From contig OZ024740.1 in NCBI GenBank assembly GCA_964016885.1, positions 138,198,001 to 138,262,000 of the forward strand: a DNA stretch of 64,000 nt, in the 5' to 3' direction. This stretch comes from Eledone cirrhosa (taxonomy: Eukaryota). Under the pieces are notes generated by a model. It was not told the DNA's origin and ran no database searches. It saw only the letters and a program-made list of their open reading frames with translations. The stretch's first letter is position 1; every line of letters begins with the position of its first letter. A program made the position numbers and the translations under genes. This document shows, piece by piece, positions 62,251 through 64,000 of the stretch.

Positions 62251-64000
62251 TCACTTTTCTCTCAATCTCCAATTCTCTCTTTCTCTTATCACTTTTCTCT
62301 CAATCTCCAATTCTCTCTTTCTCTTATCACTTCTCTCTCGATCTCCAATTCTCTCTTTCTTTGATCACTTTTCTCTCAATCTCCAATTCTCTCTTTCTCT
62401 TATCACTTTTCTCTCAATCTCCAATTCTCTCTTTCTCTTATCACTTTTCTCCCAATCTCCAATTCTCTCTGTTTCTTATCACTTTTCTCTCAATCTCCAA
62501 TTCTCTCTTTCTCTTATCACTTTTCTCTCAATACCCAATTCTCTCTTTCTCTTATCACTTTTCTCTTAATCTCCAATTCTCTCTTTCTCTTATCACTTTT
62601 CTCCCATTCTCCAATTCTCTCTGTTTCTTATCACTTTTCTCTCAATCTCCAATTCTCTCTTTCTCTTATCACTTTTCTCTCAATCTCCAATTCTCTCTTT
62701 CTCTTATCACTTTTCTCTCAATCTCCAATTCTCTCTTTCTCTTATCACTTTTCTCTTAATCTCCAATTCTCTCTTTCTCTTATCACTTTTCTCCCACCTC
62801 CAATTCTCTCTGTTTCTTATCACTTTTCTCTCAATCTCCAATTCTCTCTTTCTCTTATCACTTTTCTCTCAATCTCCAATTCTCTCTTTTTCCTATCACT
62901 TTGCCTTCAATGTCCAATTCTCTCTTTCTCTTATCACTTTTCTCTCAATCTCCAATCCTCTCTTTCTCTTATCACTTTTCTCTCAATCTCCAAATCTTTC
63001 TGTTTCTTATCACTTTTCTCTCAATCTCCAATTCTCTCTCCCTGTTATCACTTTCCCCCCCAATCTCCCATTCTCTCTCTCTCATATCACTTTTCTCTCA
63101 ATCGCCAATTTTCTCTTTCTCTTATCACATTTCTCTCAATCTCCACTTCTCTCTTTCTCTTATCACTTTTCTCTCAACCTCCCATTCTCTCTTTCTCTTA
63201 TGACTTTTCTCTCAATCACCAATTCTCTCTGTCTCTTATCACTTTTCTCTCAATCACCAATTCTCTCTTTCTCTTATCACTTTTCCCTCAATCTCCAATT
63301 CTCTCTTTCTCTTATCACTTTTCTCTCAATCTCCAATTCTCTCTTTCTCTTATCACTCTTCTCTCAATCTCCAATTCTCTCTTTCTCTTATCACTTTTCT
63401 CTCAATCTCCAATTCTCCCTCTCTCTTATCACTTTTCTCTCACTCTCCAATACTCTCTTTTTCTTATCACTTTTCTCTCAATCTCTAATTCTCTCTGTTT
63501 CTTATCACTTTTCTCTCAATCTCATATTCTCTCTTTCTCTTATTACTTTTCTCTCAATCTCCAATTCTCTCTTTCTCATATCACTTTTCTCTCAATCTCC
63601 AATTTTCTCTTTCTCTTATCACATTTCTCTCAATCTCCACTTCTCTCTTTCTCTTATCACTTTTCTCTCAACCTCCCATTCTCTCTTTCTCTTATCACTT
63701 TTCTCTCAATCACCAATTCTCTCTGTCTCTTATCACTTTTCTCTCAATCACCAATTCTCTCTGTCTCATATCACTTTTCTCTCAATCTCCAAATCTCTCT
63801 TTCTCTTATCACTCTTCTCTCAATCTCCAATTCTCTCTTTCTCTTATCACTTTTCTCTCAATCTCCAATTCTCTCTTACTCTTATCACTTTTCTCTCAAT
63901 CTCCAATTCTCTCTTTCTCTCATCACTTTTCTCTCAATCTCCAATTCTCTCTTTCTCTTATCACTTTTCTCTCAATCTCCAATTCTCTCTTTCTCTTATC

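Larger units (their letters stand above)
1..64000. repeat. Tandem satellite array, 38-bp monomer (AATCTCCAATTCTCTCTTTCTCTTATCACTTTTCTCTC), ~1,680 copies, single orientation, running off both window ends
   Basis: AATCTCCAAT recurs every 38 bp (occasionally 39) from position 31 to 63974. Monomers typically differ from the consensus by 0-4 substitutions. No non-repeat sequence was seen anywhere. Confidence 0.99.

Noticed and set aside
642-63203. The long + strand ORFs in the track (up to 972 aa) with S/L/F-rich, membrane-like sequence
   Set aside because: The consensus has no TAA, TAG or TGA on +. Since 38 is not divisible by 3, all three frames give the same cyclic 38-aa peptide (ITFLSISNSLFLLSLFSQSPILSFSYHFSLNLQFSLSL). 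Starts and stops come only from point variants (AATGTCC, TATGAC, CTCTAA), ORFs overlap in all frames, and 1-bp frameshifting monomers are common.
1-64000. Minus-strand coding of a charged repeat protein
   Set aside because: The 38-mer gives three stops per 38 codons (TGA TAA and the junction TGA) in the standard code, and no minus-strand ORF is in the track.
1-64000. CRISPR array (repeat length is in the CRISPR range)
   Set aside because: Monomers abut directly with no unique spacers; there is no leader and there are no cas genes.
1-64000. Telomerase-synthesised telomeric repeat (strong strand asymmetry)
   Set aside because: There are no G-runs longer than GG, the unit is long, and inherited multi-kb variant blocks indicate recombinational copying rather than templated addition. 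A subtelomeric location cannot be excluded.
1-64000. Embedded transposon, tRNA/rRNA gene or inversion
   Set aside because: No interruption of monomer phase by foreign sequence and no purine-rich (inverted) segment was seen on reading through the window.
1-64000. CCAAT boxes or polypyrimidine tracts as promoters or splice signals
   Set aside because: They are constitutive parts of every monomer, with no associated gene; AG acceptors are almost absent on +.
1-64000. Pure sequencing or synthetic artefact (concatemer of one oligo)
   Set aside because: Specific variants recur in ordered cassettes and nested duplications with regional structure, which random error on a concatemer would not produce. 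Individual blocks could still be misassembled.

Overview
The whole 64 kb window is one uninterrupted head-to-tail tandem satellite array of about 1,680 copies of a 38-bp monomer. The consensus on the + strand is AATCTCCAATTCTCTCTTTCTCTTATCACTTTTCTCTC (6 A, 19 T, 13 C, 0 G); the - strand reads GAGAGAAAAGTGATAAGAGAAAGAGAGAATTGGAGATT. I see no unique sequence, strand switch, transposon, RNA gene or credible protein-coding gene. Every ORF in the supplied track is an artefact: the + strand consensus has no stop codon, so all three frames give the same cyclic 38-aa peptide. The real structure is in the point variants. They travel as ordered multi-monomer cassettes, copied in nested in-register duplications with offsets of about 1.0, 1.4, 1.7, 2.5-4.0, 5.6, 8.3 and 47.4 kb. 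They define sub-domains of the array, and divergence rises in the last ~6 kb. This is most consistent with a eukaryotic heterochromatic satellite (centromeric, pericentromeric or subtelomeric). I cannot name the organism or the family. I found no supportable novel gene system; the findings concern array architecture and evolution, and any functional ideas are labelled as inference. Coordinates were read by eye, so block boundaries are approximate to a few monomers.
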